From assembly GCA_947372355.1 (NCBI GenBank), contig CANBTI010000003.1, positions 1,438-65,437 of the forward strand: a stretch of 64,000 bases of DNA. The letters run 5' to 3'. The DNA is from Bdellovibrionales bacterium (GTDB lineage Bacteria > Bdellovibrionota > UBA1018 > CAIMNF01). The notes beneath the pieces are model-generated. The model saw only the letters and a list, made by a program, of their open reading frames with translations, made no database searches and was not told the origin of the DNA. The stretch's first letter is position 1; each line of letters begins with the position of its first letter. Position numbers and translations under genes: made by a program. This document shows positions 1 through 8,949 of the stretch, one piece after another.

Positions 1-346
1 GTTCAAGCCCGGTAGGTTTTTTAGTCATATGCTGAACTCACCCGAACAAAAAAGTGCATGTAAAAGATGGGTCATGTATTTAAAGTGGGTAGCGCGTCCA
101 AACGATGGATTTGATCTCGGGCTATGGAATAACGACAAGGTTCGTAGTGATCAGTTGGTCATTCCTATGGATACTCATCTTTTTAAAATCTCGAGAAAAC
201 TAAGGCTAACCACGCGTAAAACTGTAAATTGGCAAACCGCATTGGAAGTGACAAAATCATTAAAAAAAATTGATCCCTCAGATCCAACAAAATTTGATTT
301 TTCACTCTGTCGAATTGGAATGTTGAAGTATCGGAAAATGATTTAG
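1..346 (+). CDS. C-terminal fragment of a DUF2400/TIGR02757-family protein; the gene starts upstream of the window
   Basis: ORF runs in from the window edge. The C-terminal motifs 'LVIPMDTH...RKLRLTTRK...DPSDPTKFDFSL' resemble the conserved DUF2400 C-terminus as I recall it. Confidence 0.4.
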   Translation, partial: FKPGRFFSHMLNSPEQKSACKRWVMYLKWVARPNDGFDLGLWNNDKVRSDQLVIPMDTHLFKISRKLRLTTRKTVNWQTALEVTKSLKKIDPSDPTKFDFSLCRIGMLKYRKMI

Positions 347-354
347 AGTGATAT

Positions 355-1077
355 TTGTTGGTTGTGCAAATTAATCCCATTGGAACTATTCATACTTGTT
401 TTACAGAAAAATTTGGAGTGCCCAGGCAATCACTAATGGTGAATGAGGCACGAGGTTTGATTAAGTTTCATCCTGAATATGCTCATCCAGATACAGCACT
501 TCATTTAAGCGATTTTAGTCATCTTTGGGTAATTTATCTTTTTCATAAAAACCAAAATGCAAATCATCCTGAAAAATGGAGCAATACCATTCAGCCTCCA
601 AGAATTGATGCTCCCAATAAAGTGGGAGTTTATGCATCAAGATCACCTCATCGCCCTAATCCGATAGGATTATCAGTAGTGAAGCTTGAGAAAATAAACA
701 TCATCAACGGTGAAGTTCAAATTGAAGTAAGTGGTGTGGATATATTAGATGGATCTCCTGTGCTCGATATAAAACCCTATGTTCCGTATGCAGATTCGAT
801 CCCAGGCGCGACTAACGGATGGATTAAAAATGAGATCACTCGTTATGAGGTTCAATTTTCAGAAGAAGCGGAAAAAGTATTAAGCGGAACTCCTCATAAA
901 AAATTGATTCGTGAAATTTTAGAGTGGGATCCCCGTCCACGTTCGCAAAGAGAACAAGCCCCAATTGAAGCGGTGAGTAGTATCGGTAAAAAATTTGCAT
1001 TCAGATTAATGGACTACGATATCCATTGGACAATCGCAGAAAATTCAATATTAAGCGTCAATAAAATACTACTTTAA
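355..1077 (+). CDS. trmO: tRNA (adenine37-N6)-methyltransferase TrmO/TsaA (YaeB family)
   Basis: 240 aa. Motifs 'FGVPRQ', 'RSPHRPNPIGLSVVKL' and 'DILDGSPVLDIKPYVPY' are typical of the YaeB/TrmO beta-barrel fold. Confidence 0.75.
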   Translation: MLVVQINPIGTIHTCFTEKFGVPRQSLMVNEARGLIKFHPEYAHPDTALHLSDFSHLWVIYLFHKNQNANHPEKWSNTIQPPRIDAPNKVGVYASRSPHRPNPIGLSVVKLEKINIINGEVQIEVSGVDILDGSPVLDIKPYVPYADSIPGATNGWIKNEITRYEVQFSEEAEKVLSGTPHKKLIREILEWDPRPRSQREQAPIEAVSSIGKKFAFRLMDYDIHWTIAENSILSVNKILL

Positions 1078-1110
1078 TTGCATTCGATGCTTCAGCGATA
1101 ATGATTCGAT

Positions 1111-2646
1111 ATGAAAAAAATGGATTTCTTTCTACCCTTAGTTCTATTCAGTATTTCCACAAACGTTTACGCCGCAAACGATAAAGCAAATGAAATTACT
1201 TTTGATAAAATCGTTCCTCATCGTGAGAATTTTACTGAAAAACTAATTCAAATCGAAGGTAAAATTAAAGATTTGAAAGTGATTAAAGAGGGTGGAAATA
1301 AATTTGCAACTTTTTTTCTCTCTGATGGTGAAAATACGGAAGCAACGATTTCGGTAAAAGTTAATTTAACTAAGAAAAAAACTGTGATCAATACCTTTGA
1401 TTGTAAAGATGGTGATTTTACAACTGTTCAAGGAAGATTTAAATCCTGGGGGAATGCTTCTTATTTAGGAAAAGTTGACGTTAGAGAAACCTATGAGTTT
1501 AAGTGTAGTGAAACGGCCCAGGTTCGTGCAACTCCTCCAGTTGAAGTGGTAAAGAAAATAACACCAAAAAAAGAAGCTGAAGTTGCGGCTGAAAATGATA
1601 CTCCACAGCCCACTATTTTAAAAATCAGTGGAGATGGATCCAGTAAGATTGTGGATGCTAAGGGTAAAGAAATTACTAAAACTGGCACCCAATTAGCGCC
1701 AGGTACTACGATTAAGACAGGGGCCAATTCCAATGTACAGTTGAAGTATCCTGATGGATCTAAAGTATCCATTGCACCAAATTCAAAATTAAAAACTGAA
1801 GCCGGAACAAAAACGGTTCAATCAGTATCTCTCAACTTTGGTCGAATTCACGCTTCAATTCACAAACAAGCATCAGAGGATTTGCATTTTAGGATTAAAA
1901 CTAAAAGTGCAACGATGGGAGTTCGTGGAACTCAGTTTTTCGTAGATTCAACCACTTCTGGTTTAGCCACGACCCGTGTAGTGGAGGGAAAAGTAGATGT
2001 GGCTATCGATGAAGCAACTTTAATGGCTGGTAAAGGCAGACGCTTATTACATGATCAAATGGTAGAAGTGAATCAAGGTAAAATTCTTGAAACGATGCCA
2101 TTCGATTCGGCTAAATTTATCGCAAAAATTAAAAGTGAACAGCCTGATTTGCTTGCCTACGCAGATACTGAGGCAGATAAAACTGTGGACTCTTCTTCAT
2201 CGCCAACTGCTCCTATTGCAAAAGCAGTTGCTCTATCAAACTCTAAAAAATCTGATTGGACCGTTTTTAGATTATCTGCACTTGGATATTTAACTAAAAC
2301 CGATAAGGCTACATTCGGTGGAATGGTTTCTTGGAATCCAGGTACGCATTTAATTGGAAATTGGAATTTAGGGTTAGATCTCGGTTATGGCACTCGTAAT
2401 TCTACTGTTGAATATGCAGTGGTAGGAACGTTTGTATTTAATTCCTCAATTGCTGCGGAAATTAAAGCAGGTGCTCAATCTTGGTTGACTGGTACCAAAG
2501 TAACAGGGGGAATGGGTGGATTAGCGCTCAAATACAGTCTTTGTGATCAATGTGTGATCAATCACATTATATTTGGAGACGATGTTCTTTCCATCAATAG
2601 TAAAACTTACAATATTGCTCGTGTTGGAATTGGTTTTAATTTTTAA
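1111..2646 (+). CDS. secreted FecR-domain protein with a C-terminal region suggestive of an outer-membrane beta-barrel
   Basis: N-terminal signal peptide (MKKMDFFLPLVLFSISTNVYA). Central FecR-like segment (GTTIKTGANSNVQLKYPDGSKVSIAPNSKLK...NFGRIHA). C-terminal alternating hydrophobic pattern ending GIGFNF. Confidence 0.5.
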   Translation: MKKMDFFLPLVLFSISTNVYAANDKANEITFDKIVPHRENFTEKLIQIEGKIKDLKVIKEGGNKFATFFLSDGENTEATISVKVNLTKKKTVINTFDCKDGDFTTVQGRFKSWGNASYLGKVDVRETYEFKCSETAQVRATPPVEVVKKITPKKEAEVAAENDTPQPTILKISGDGSSKIVDAKGKEITKTGTQLAPGTTIKTGANSNVQLKYPDGSKVSIAPNSKLKTEAGTKTVQSVSLNFGRIHASIHKQASEDLHFRIKTKSATMGVRGTQFFVDSTTSGLATTRVVEGKVDVAIDEATLMAGKGRRLLHDQMVEVNQGKILETMPFDSAKFIAKIKSEQPDLLAYADTEADKTVDSSSSPTAPIAKAVALSNSKKSDWTVFRLSALGYLTKTDKATFGGMVSWNPGTHLIGNWNLGLDLGYGTRNSTVEYAVVGTFVFNSSIAAEIKAGAQSWLTGTKVTGGMGGLALKYSLCDQCVINHIIFGDDVLSINSKTYNIARVGIGFNF

Positions 2647-2658
2647 AGTAGGCTCTGT

Positions 2659-4197
2659 TTATAATCCAGAAGCTTGGATCGTTACAGCTGTATTGTTTCG
2701 ATCCACTGGAATTACAAATGGTCCGGCTGTATGGATTGCACCAGCCTTTGTGGGTTCGTAAATTGTTACCGATCTAGTTCCCAATGGAACGCCGGTTAAA
2801 GTGAATGATCCAGAATCGGCTGGCACAATATTACTGAGTGTTTGAGTGAGAACACCAACACCGTTTGGAGTATTCAATTCAATCTGCGCTGTTCCTGCCC
2901 ATGGTACTCCGTTATTCCAAATCACTCCTTGCACATTTGCAGTCATGAGTGAGGTAGGAATTTCTAAAGTGATGTCGGCGTCTAACCCAGTACCGCCTGC
3001 TGCTCGATTTGCACCTAAACTGGTAATGGTTGCTGGTGATGTTGCAGGACTATAAACATAATTAGTCCCCCAAGCATCTTTTGTGTAACTGGTGCCTAAA
3101 AAACCGTTATTCAGATACGGCCCATTCCAACCAATTCCAATTCGTGTGCTAGCATCCATTGCCCAAGCGGGTAATCCGGGATTAGTCCAAAGTGCGGCGA
3201 GACCTTGTCCTGAAGTTGGAATTGCGCCGATATCGCCTAAAAATCCAAAAGTGGTTCGATGAAGCGGGCGATATCCAGCAATTTGGCGAGTGTAAATGTT
3301 TGCAACTTCTCCACCGGAAAGTGCACTTTTCCAAATTGCAACTTCATCTAAGCGAGCAGAGGTATTTTGACTTGATGCCGTTCTCCCTAAAAAGTATAAA
3401 ATTGAATTTCCAAAATTATCATTGTTGTTGTTGCTGCTTGCTGAAGTGGTCACCACCAGCGCTCCATCTAAATAAACTGTAGTACTATTTGCGCTCGCAT
3501 TGGATCGATCGTACACCACGACAAGATGATGCCATCCTAAAGTGGGGGCGGTGGTGTACCTTATGAATGATCCATTTGAATTTTGTTGTCCGAAACTCAT
3601 GAATCCAAGCGGCACTCCTGCATCACCACTTGAATCATTTACGGTGGCGATAAACCCGAGTCCTGCTGAATAATTTGCAGATAATTCCCAAAGAATACAT
3701 CTCGTCGGATCACTACATCCGAGATAATTAAACCAAGCTGCTACCGTAACAACATTGGTTAAACTTAAATCCATTGGAGCAGAGAAACCGCCAGCACCAT
3801 TGGCTTGAAGAGATGTTTTTACTTTTCCTGAATTTCCTAAAGTAATGGTTCCAACAGTGGTTCCCGTATTTCCAATGGAAGAACTATCGGTAAGACTCGC
3901 TCCGCTTGTTTCATCTAAATGCCAAAGACCAACGATGTTAGCATTTTGAGGCGCCCAACTAGAATTGAGTGGCATGCCTAAACCATCGGCTGCTGCAAAA
4001 GATTGCGCTTCCCATTTTCCAACGATTGCCTCTCTGATTTCTTTCATTTGCTTAACGGTATTATTGAAGCGCTGTTCGTTTGAGGTATCAGAGATCATGA
4101 CGATAGAGACTACGGATAAAACGCCGAGGAGGATGATCACCATCAACACCTCCACTAGAGTGAAACCACTTTTGAAACCCCGCGTTTGATGCATCAT
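2659..4197 (-). CDS. large (512 aa) prepilin-type protein: N-terminal cleavage/methylation domain, LamG/concanavalin-like region and a C-terminal module shared with the 24916..25719 pseudopilin
   Basis: Leader MMHQTRGFKSG|FTLVEVLMVIILLGVL is the classic G|FTL(I/V)E prepilin motif with Glu+5. The C-terminal ~200 aa align with the ORF at 24916..25719 (GFLGDIGAIPT / IGIGWNGPYL / DAWGT / SVTIYEP motifs). Confidence 0.7.
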   Translation of the reverse strand: MMHQTRGFKSGFTLVEVLMVIILLGVLSVVSIVMISDTSNEQRFNNTVKQMKEIREAIVGKWEAQSFAAADGLGMPLNSSWAPQNANIVGLWHLDETSGASLTDSSSIGNTGTTVGTITLGNSGKVKTSLQANGAGGFSAPMDLSLTNVVTVAAWFNYLGCSDPTRCILWELSANYSAGLGFIATVNDSSGDAGVPLGFMSFGQQNSNGSFIRYTTAPTLGWHHLVVVYDRSNASANSTTVYLDGALVVTTSASSNNNNDNFGNSILYFLGRTASSQNTSARLDEVAIWKSALSGGEVANIYTRQIAGYRPLHRTTFGFLGDIGAIPTSGQGLAALWTNPGLPAWAMDASTRIGIGWNGPYLNNGFLGTSYTKDAWGTNYVYSPATSPATITSLGANRAAGGTGLDADITLEIPTSLMTANVQGVIWNNGVPWAGTAQIELNTPNGVGVLTQTLSNIVPADSGSFTLTGVPLGTRSVTIYEPTKAGAIHTAGPFVIPVDRNNTAVTIQASGL

Positions 4198-4240
4198 CAG
4201 CTTGATTATACATAAAAATTAGACAGTTTTTAAAAAAGCT

Positions 4241-4300
4241 GTCAAAAAAATCGACACTTTTCTTCGTTTTAGTGTCAAAAAAATGCTCCAGTTTTTTGAC
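4241..4300. promoter_or_regulatory. operator-like palindromes in the divergent promoter region: TGTC-A7-TCGACA (4240-4257) and GTCAAAAAA-N8-TTTTTTGAC (4274-4300)
   Basis: Seen directly in the sequence. A perfect 9-bp inverted repeat with an 8-bp spacer lies 24 bp downstream of a related half-site-bearing palindrome. Both sit between the divergent LamG-pseudopilin (-) and TPR-protein (+) starts. Confidence 0.3.
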
Positions 4301-4338
4301 GCTTTTGCCGATGAGCATAAGGAGAAGAGAGTGGACCT

Positions 4339-5097
4339 ATGAGTCGGATCTTTAAAAAACTGAATATTGAAGAGGCGCAGCCTTCAGAGAGATCGGTACC
4401 CGAGTTAAAACTCGTGCCGACAATCGATGAAGATCCGCGCCCATCAATTAGTTTAAAAAAGACTTCTAAGAAAATCACTTTTCAACAAATTCAGATCATT
4501 GGACTATGTGTGGCCATAGTGATTGGTGGAAACTTTGCCTATCAAAAATATATTATAAATAAAATCCCTAAACCGATTGAATCCGTTGTTGAAAAACCAA
4601 AGCTTAATGAAGACGAACTCCTGCACCAAGAGGCAATTGGGTTAATGAAGATTAAAGATTATTCAAAAGCATTAGAAAAATTTGAAATACTGACAAAAAA
4701 ATATCCAAATAATCCAGTAATCACCAATAATATTGGTTTGATTTATTTGAAACTCAACGATTTTTTAAAGGCCGAATCATTATTTCATGCAGTACTCAAA
4801 ATTGATATCAAAGATGGAACAGCTTATAATAATTTAGGTTCATTGAAATTAGCCGAAATGAAGGCGGATGAAGCAATCGCATTTTTTTATCAGGCGATCC
4901 TATATCTTCCTGGTAAAATCGAACCACATTTAAATTTAGCAAAAGCATTTGAACTGGCAGGCAGACCGATGGAGGCAATACCAGAATATCAATATTATAT
5001 TGATCATACGAATGTTGGGGGCGATCCTGTGATTAGAGAAATGGTAGATAAAAGAATGGTAAAACTGAAAACGTTTTCCAGGTACATTGAAAAATAG
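4339..5097 (+). CDS. TPR-repeat protein with an N-terminal transmembrane anchor (possibly a PilF/PilW-like T4P biogenesis factor)
   Basis: Hydrophobic segment IIGLCVAIVIGGNFAY, then several TPR-like repeats (AIGLMKIKDYSKALEKFE..., NNIGLIYLKLNDFLKAESLF...). Location next to pilB. Confidence 0.55.
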   Translation: MSRIFKKLNIEEAQPSERSVPELKLVPTIDEDPRPSISLKKTSKKITFQQIQIIGLCVAIVIGGNFAYQKYIINKIPKPIESVVEKPKLNEDELLHQEAIGLMKIKDYSKALEKFEILTKKYPNNPVITNNIGLIYLKLNDFLKAESLFHAVLKIDIKDGTAYNNLGSLKLAEMKADEAIAFFYQAILYLPGKIEPHLNLAKAFELAGRPMEAIPEYQYYIDHTNVGGDPVIREMVDKRMVKLKTFSRYIEK

Positions 5098-5098
5098 A

Positions 5099-6832
5099 TT
5101 AGATAGTTGCTTTTAAAACTTCATCAACGGAAGTGATGCCCGCTACGATTTTACCAATTCCATCTTGGCGCATCGTCATGAATCCAGTTTCAAGAAGATA
5201 TTTTTTCATATCAATTTCAGAATAATCATCAGTGATCATTCTGCGAATTTCGTCGGTCACGGTAATGAGTTCAAACAGTGCAATTCGTTTGAGATAGCCC
5301 GTTTTTAAACAATGATCGCATCCTTTCGGACCAAAAACCCAATCACCTGCGTGAAGAGTATTGGAACCCAGTAGTTCCACATCGTTCTGAGAAAGTTGTA
5401 CTTTTTGCTTACAATGAGTACAAAGTACCCTCACCAAGCGTTGAGCTAGGATTGCACTTAAGCCTGATGCTAGTAAAAATGGCTCTACTTTCATGTCAAT
5501 TAATCGAGTAGGAGTGCTGACCGAATCGTTGGTATGAATCGTGGTTAAAACCATATGCCCGGTCAATGCTGCTCGAATTGCTAGATCGGCTGTTTCTTGA
5601 TCTCGAACCTCTCCCACCATCACTACATCTGGATCTTGTCTGAGAATATTTCTGAGTAAAGTTGAAAAAGTGAGACCTGCTTTTTCATTCACCTGAACTT
5701 GATTGATTACATCAAATTTATACTCGACCGGATCTTCAACAGTGATAATGTTATTCTCGGTGCCATCGATTAAATTTAACATTGAGTAAAGCGTTGTAGT
5801 TTTACCACTACCTGTAGGGCCCGTAATAAATATAATTCCATAAGGTCTTTGAAGTAGGGTGATGATTTCAGTTTCCATTTCCGGACTCATTCCGATTGCA
5901 GAAAGAGTGCTCTTCATTTTTTCTTTATCAAGTAACCTTAAAACAACCTTCTCACCATAAACAGTAGGGAGTGTGGATGTTCGAATATCGATAGAGACTG
6001 AATTTTGCGAGTGTTGAAAGCTACCATCTTGGGGTTGTCTTTTTTCTGAAATATCTAGTTGAGCTAAAACTTTTAATCTTGAAACAACGGTAGAATGTAT
6101 TTCAATTGGATAAGTATAAAGTTCATGCAAAACACCATCGATACGAATTCTGACTCGAACTTTTTTTTCCGTTGGATCTAAATGAATATCACTGGCTCTA
6201 TCAAACATTGCTTTTTCAATGAAGGTATTGACCAGTGATTCAATGGAGAAGTTATCTTTTCCACCATTTTGGGTAGGAGTGAGTTGTGTAATGTTTTTTG
6301 GTTTTCGATCCGCTTTTTGTTCATCGTGTTTACTTGATAAATGCTTAATAATTCTATCAATTGAAGACGCGCCCACGTAGGTTTTGTTGAGTGAAGAATC
6401 AATTTGTGCTTCGGTGGCTACCTTAACCACAACTGTGGCATTTAGGCGCTCTTCTAAATTACCGAGTTTAACTAGTAAAATAGGATTGTGAGTCGCCAAA
6501 GTAATCACACCATTTTTGGATTCAAGTGGAAGTAATTTATAGGTACGAGCCATTTTTTCTGGAAGGATTTTAGCTGATTCAGTGTTGATAGCAGTAGTAT
6601 TGAGATCGATGTAGCTTAATCCGTGTTGGGCGGCGAGCGCTTTTGCCAAATCATGATCTTTAATTTTGCCTTCGCTAAGCAACAGTTCACCAATGCGTAA
6701 GTTTTTATTTTTAGCCCTAGATTCTGCAAAGGTAAGCTCTTCGGCTGTGCAAAGGCCCATGGAAATTAAAATTTCACCCAGTTTTTTACTGGGAACAAGA
6801 TTTATTTCACGGGTTTTGAGAGCGTCGTCCAT
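5099..6832 (-). CDS. pilB: type IV pilus assembly ATPase PilB (GspE family)
   Basis: 577 aa. N-terminal GSPII_E_N/MshEN-like domain. Walker A GPTGSGKTTTLYS. Asp/His boxes. Tetracysteine CTHC...CDHC zinc motif. Confidence 0.85.
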   Translation of the reverse strand: MDDALKTREINLVPSKKLGEILISMGLCTAEELTFAESRAKNKNLRIGELLLSEGKIKDHDLAKALAAQHGLSYIDLNTTAINTESAKILPEKMARTYKLLPLESKNGVITLATHNPILLVKLGNLEERLNATVVVKVATEAQIDSSLNKTYVGASSIDRIIKHLSSKHDEQKADRKPKNITQLTPTQNGGKDNFSIESLVNTFIEKAMFDRASDIHLDPTEKKVRVRIRIDGVLHELYTYPIEIHSTVVSRLKVLAQLDISEKRQPQDGSFQHSQNSVSIDIRTSTLPTVYGEKVVLRLLDKEKMKSTLSAIGMSPEMETEIITLLQRPYGIIFITGPTGSGKTTTLYSMLNLIDGTENNIITVEDPVEYKFDVINQVQVNEKAGLTFSTLLRNILRQDPDVVMVGEVRDQETADLAIRAALTGHMVLTTIHTNDSVSTPTRLIDMKVEPFLLASGLSAILAQRLVRVLCTHCKQKVQLSQNDVELLGSNTLHAGDWVFGPKGCDHCLKTGYLKRIALFELITVTDEIRRMITDDYSEIDMKKYLLETGFMTMRQDGIGKIVAGITSVDEVLKATI

Positions 6833-6932
6833 GGCTTACTGATCGACATGATCGGCGTTAATCTTAAAAATAGTTGGAGTACGGCATTTTTTTGACCATT
6901 AAAGTAACTTAATGTTAGCTTAAATCTATTAT

Positions 6933-8165
6933 ATGAAACGTTACTTCTATCAATTGCTTCAGCAATATTACTCTTTTTATATTCTACCTGATTCAAAAGT
7001 GATCACTTTAGATGTAGCTGATACCTCATTATTGCCAATATTGGGTTCAAATCCCGATTACATCATTTTAAATGGAAATATTCATTCAGTAACAGACGTT
7101 CAATTACTATTAGAAAATGTGCACGCAGTTAGTCTCAAAACTACAAGAGTGATTATTTCTTATTATAGTAGTTTATGGAAGCCACTATTGGGATTGGCAG
7201 ATCGGTTGGGTTTGCGTAAAAAACAAGCCGAAATTAATTGGGTTTCTCCATCAGATATTAAAAATTTTTTGAGATTATCAAATTTTGAGTTGGTAAGTTC
7301 TAGTCAGCGAATTTTGATCCCTATTTACATCCCGATTTTAAGTAATTTTATTAACCGATGGCTAGCACCTCTTCCGTTTTTTCGTTGGTTTGCGATGGTG
7401 AATATTGCCATCGTTAAACCAGTCTATGAACTCGATTCTAAATCACCTTCTGTTTCAGTGGTAGTAGCTGCAAGAAATGAAGCGGGTAATATAGAATCTC
7501 TTTTTGCTCGTTTACCCAAAATGGGTAGTGAAACCGAGCTCATTATCATTGAGGGTGGATCGAGTGATGGTACTTGGGATGAAATTCAAAAAGTAAAAAA
7601 TAAATATGCTGGGCAAGTTGAATGCATAGTAGCGAAGCAAAAAGGTAAGGGTAAGGGGGATGCAGTGAGAATGGGTTTCTCGCTTGCTACCAAAGAAATT
7701 TTAATGATCTTAGATGCTGATCTTACCGTTGCGCCAGAAGACCTTCCCAAATTTTATCACGCCATTGTTCAAGGAAAGGGTGATTTTATTAATGGAAGTC
7801 GATTGGTTTATCCAATGGAGGGACAAGCCATGCGATTTTTCAATATGATTGGTAATAAGTTTTTTGCCATGGCCTTTTCATTTCTTCTCGGTCAAGGATT
7901 TAAAGATACTCTTTGTGGAACTAAGGTTTTAACAAGAGAGCGATATGAAAAATTAGCTGCAAATAGAAAATTCTTTGGAGATTTTGATCCATTCGGAGAT
8001 TTTGACTTAATATTTGGTGCTTCTCGCTTAGGTCTTAAGATCATCGAACTGCCGATTAGATATAAAGATAGAACTTATGGAGAAACTAATATTAGTAGAT
8101 GGAAGCATGGTTTGATTTTACTGCGCATGGTGATTTTTGCAGCGAGAAGAATTAAATTTATTTAA
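6933..8165 (+). CDS. family 2 glycosyltransferase, DPM1/GtrB/ArnC-like (putative polyprenyl-phosphate sugar synthase) with a C-terminal hydrophobic anchor
   Basis: GT2 core 'VSVVVAARNEAGNIESL', the DxD-like 'ILMILDADLT', and a C-terminal TM-like 'GLILLRMVIFAARRI'. Confidence 0.65.
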   Translation: MKRYFYQLLQQYYSFYILPDSKVITLDVADTSLLPILGSNPDYIILNGNIHSVTDVQLLLENVHAVSLKTTRVIISYYSSLWKPLLGLADRLGLRKKQAEINWVSPSDIKNFLRLSNFELVSSSQRILIPIYIPILSNFINRWLAPLPFFRWFAMVNIAIVKPVYELDSKSPSVSVVVAARNEAGNIESLFARLPKMGSETELIIIEGGSSDGTWDEIQKVKNKYAGQVECIVAKQKGKGKGDAVRMGFSLATKEILMILDADLTVAPEDLPKFYHAIVQGKGDFINGSRLVYPMEGQAMRFFNMIGNKFFAMAFSFLLGQGFKDTLCGTKVLTRERYEKLAANRKFFGDFDPFGDFDLIFGASRLGLKIIELPIRYKDRTYGETNISRWKHGLILLRMVIFAARRIKFI

Positions 8166-8949
8166 TTAATTCGATGTCTACAAAGCTTGCAAAATTGGGT
8201 GAAATTTTTATCAGTAAGTGATCAATGGTACTGGCAAACCCAAAAGCCCAAGAGGGAAGTAGGCTCCACTTTTTCAATCCACCCATCCACCAATAACGTA
8301 AGGGAGTGTGGGGTTCAAATCGGATCATTTTTAAGTCAGTCCATTGCATTTGAAAGCGTGCGTAATCTCTTTGAAAAACAATATAAGATAAAGCCCCATT
8401 TGCATCACTGAGTGGACCTTTTGATTGAAACTTCCATTCTTTTGCATTCGGTTCAAAAGGCTCGTGATGTAAATATCGGTAGATGAGCGAACTGAGGCAA
8501 CCTGCGTATGGATCCACAATAAAAACCCTACCGCCCGGCACTAAGCATCTTGTGGCTTCATTGAAAAATGCCTCAACATCTGGAATGTGATGAAAAACAT
8601 TCGACATAAAAATTACTCTTAAGCTTTGATCTGGAAAAGGCATTTTTGTAGCATCGATTACTTGATCGATTCCTTCATACGCTAAAACATCAGAAGTGAT
8701 TGCTTCTGGGATCACCTCTTTTATAAAACTTCCACCAGATCCAAGTTCTAGAATTTTACCTTCAGAAGGGCATTTTTTTAAACATTCTTCGTATTTTTTA
8801 TAAATTTCTAAGTAATAGAGTCTTAATGATGGTTTGTTTTTAGTGGTCAATCGCAATTCATGAATTCTATCTATAGAATCTAGTGATGAATTTTTTCGTT
8901 GATCGCTTTTCATGGATTTAATGTTATATTCAAAATGAAAAATGAACAC
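8158..8949 (-). CDS. class I SAM-dependent methyltransferase
   Basis: Motif I 'ILELGSGGSFIKE' and a post-I acidic residue. The true start may be the internal Met (MKSDQRK, about 8913), which would avoid overlap with the divergent FkbM gene. Confidence 0.6.
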   Translation of the reverse strand: MFIFHFEYNIKSMKSDQRKNSSLDSIDRIHELRLTTKNKPSLRLYYLEIYKKYEECLKKCPSEGKILELGSGGSFIKEVIPEAITSDVLAYEGIDQVIDATKMPFPDQSLRVIFMSNVFHHIPDVEAFFNEATRCLVPGGRVFIVDPYAGCLSSLIYRYLHHEPFEPNAKEWKFQSKGPLSDANGALSYIVFQRDYARFQMQWTDLKMIRFEPHTPLRYWWMGGLKKWSLLPSWAFGFASTIDHLLIKISPNFASFVDIELIK

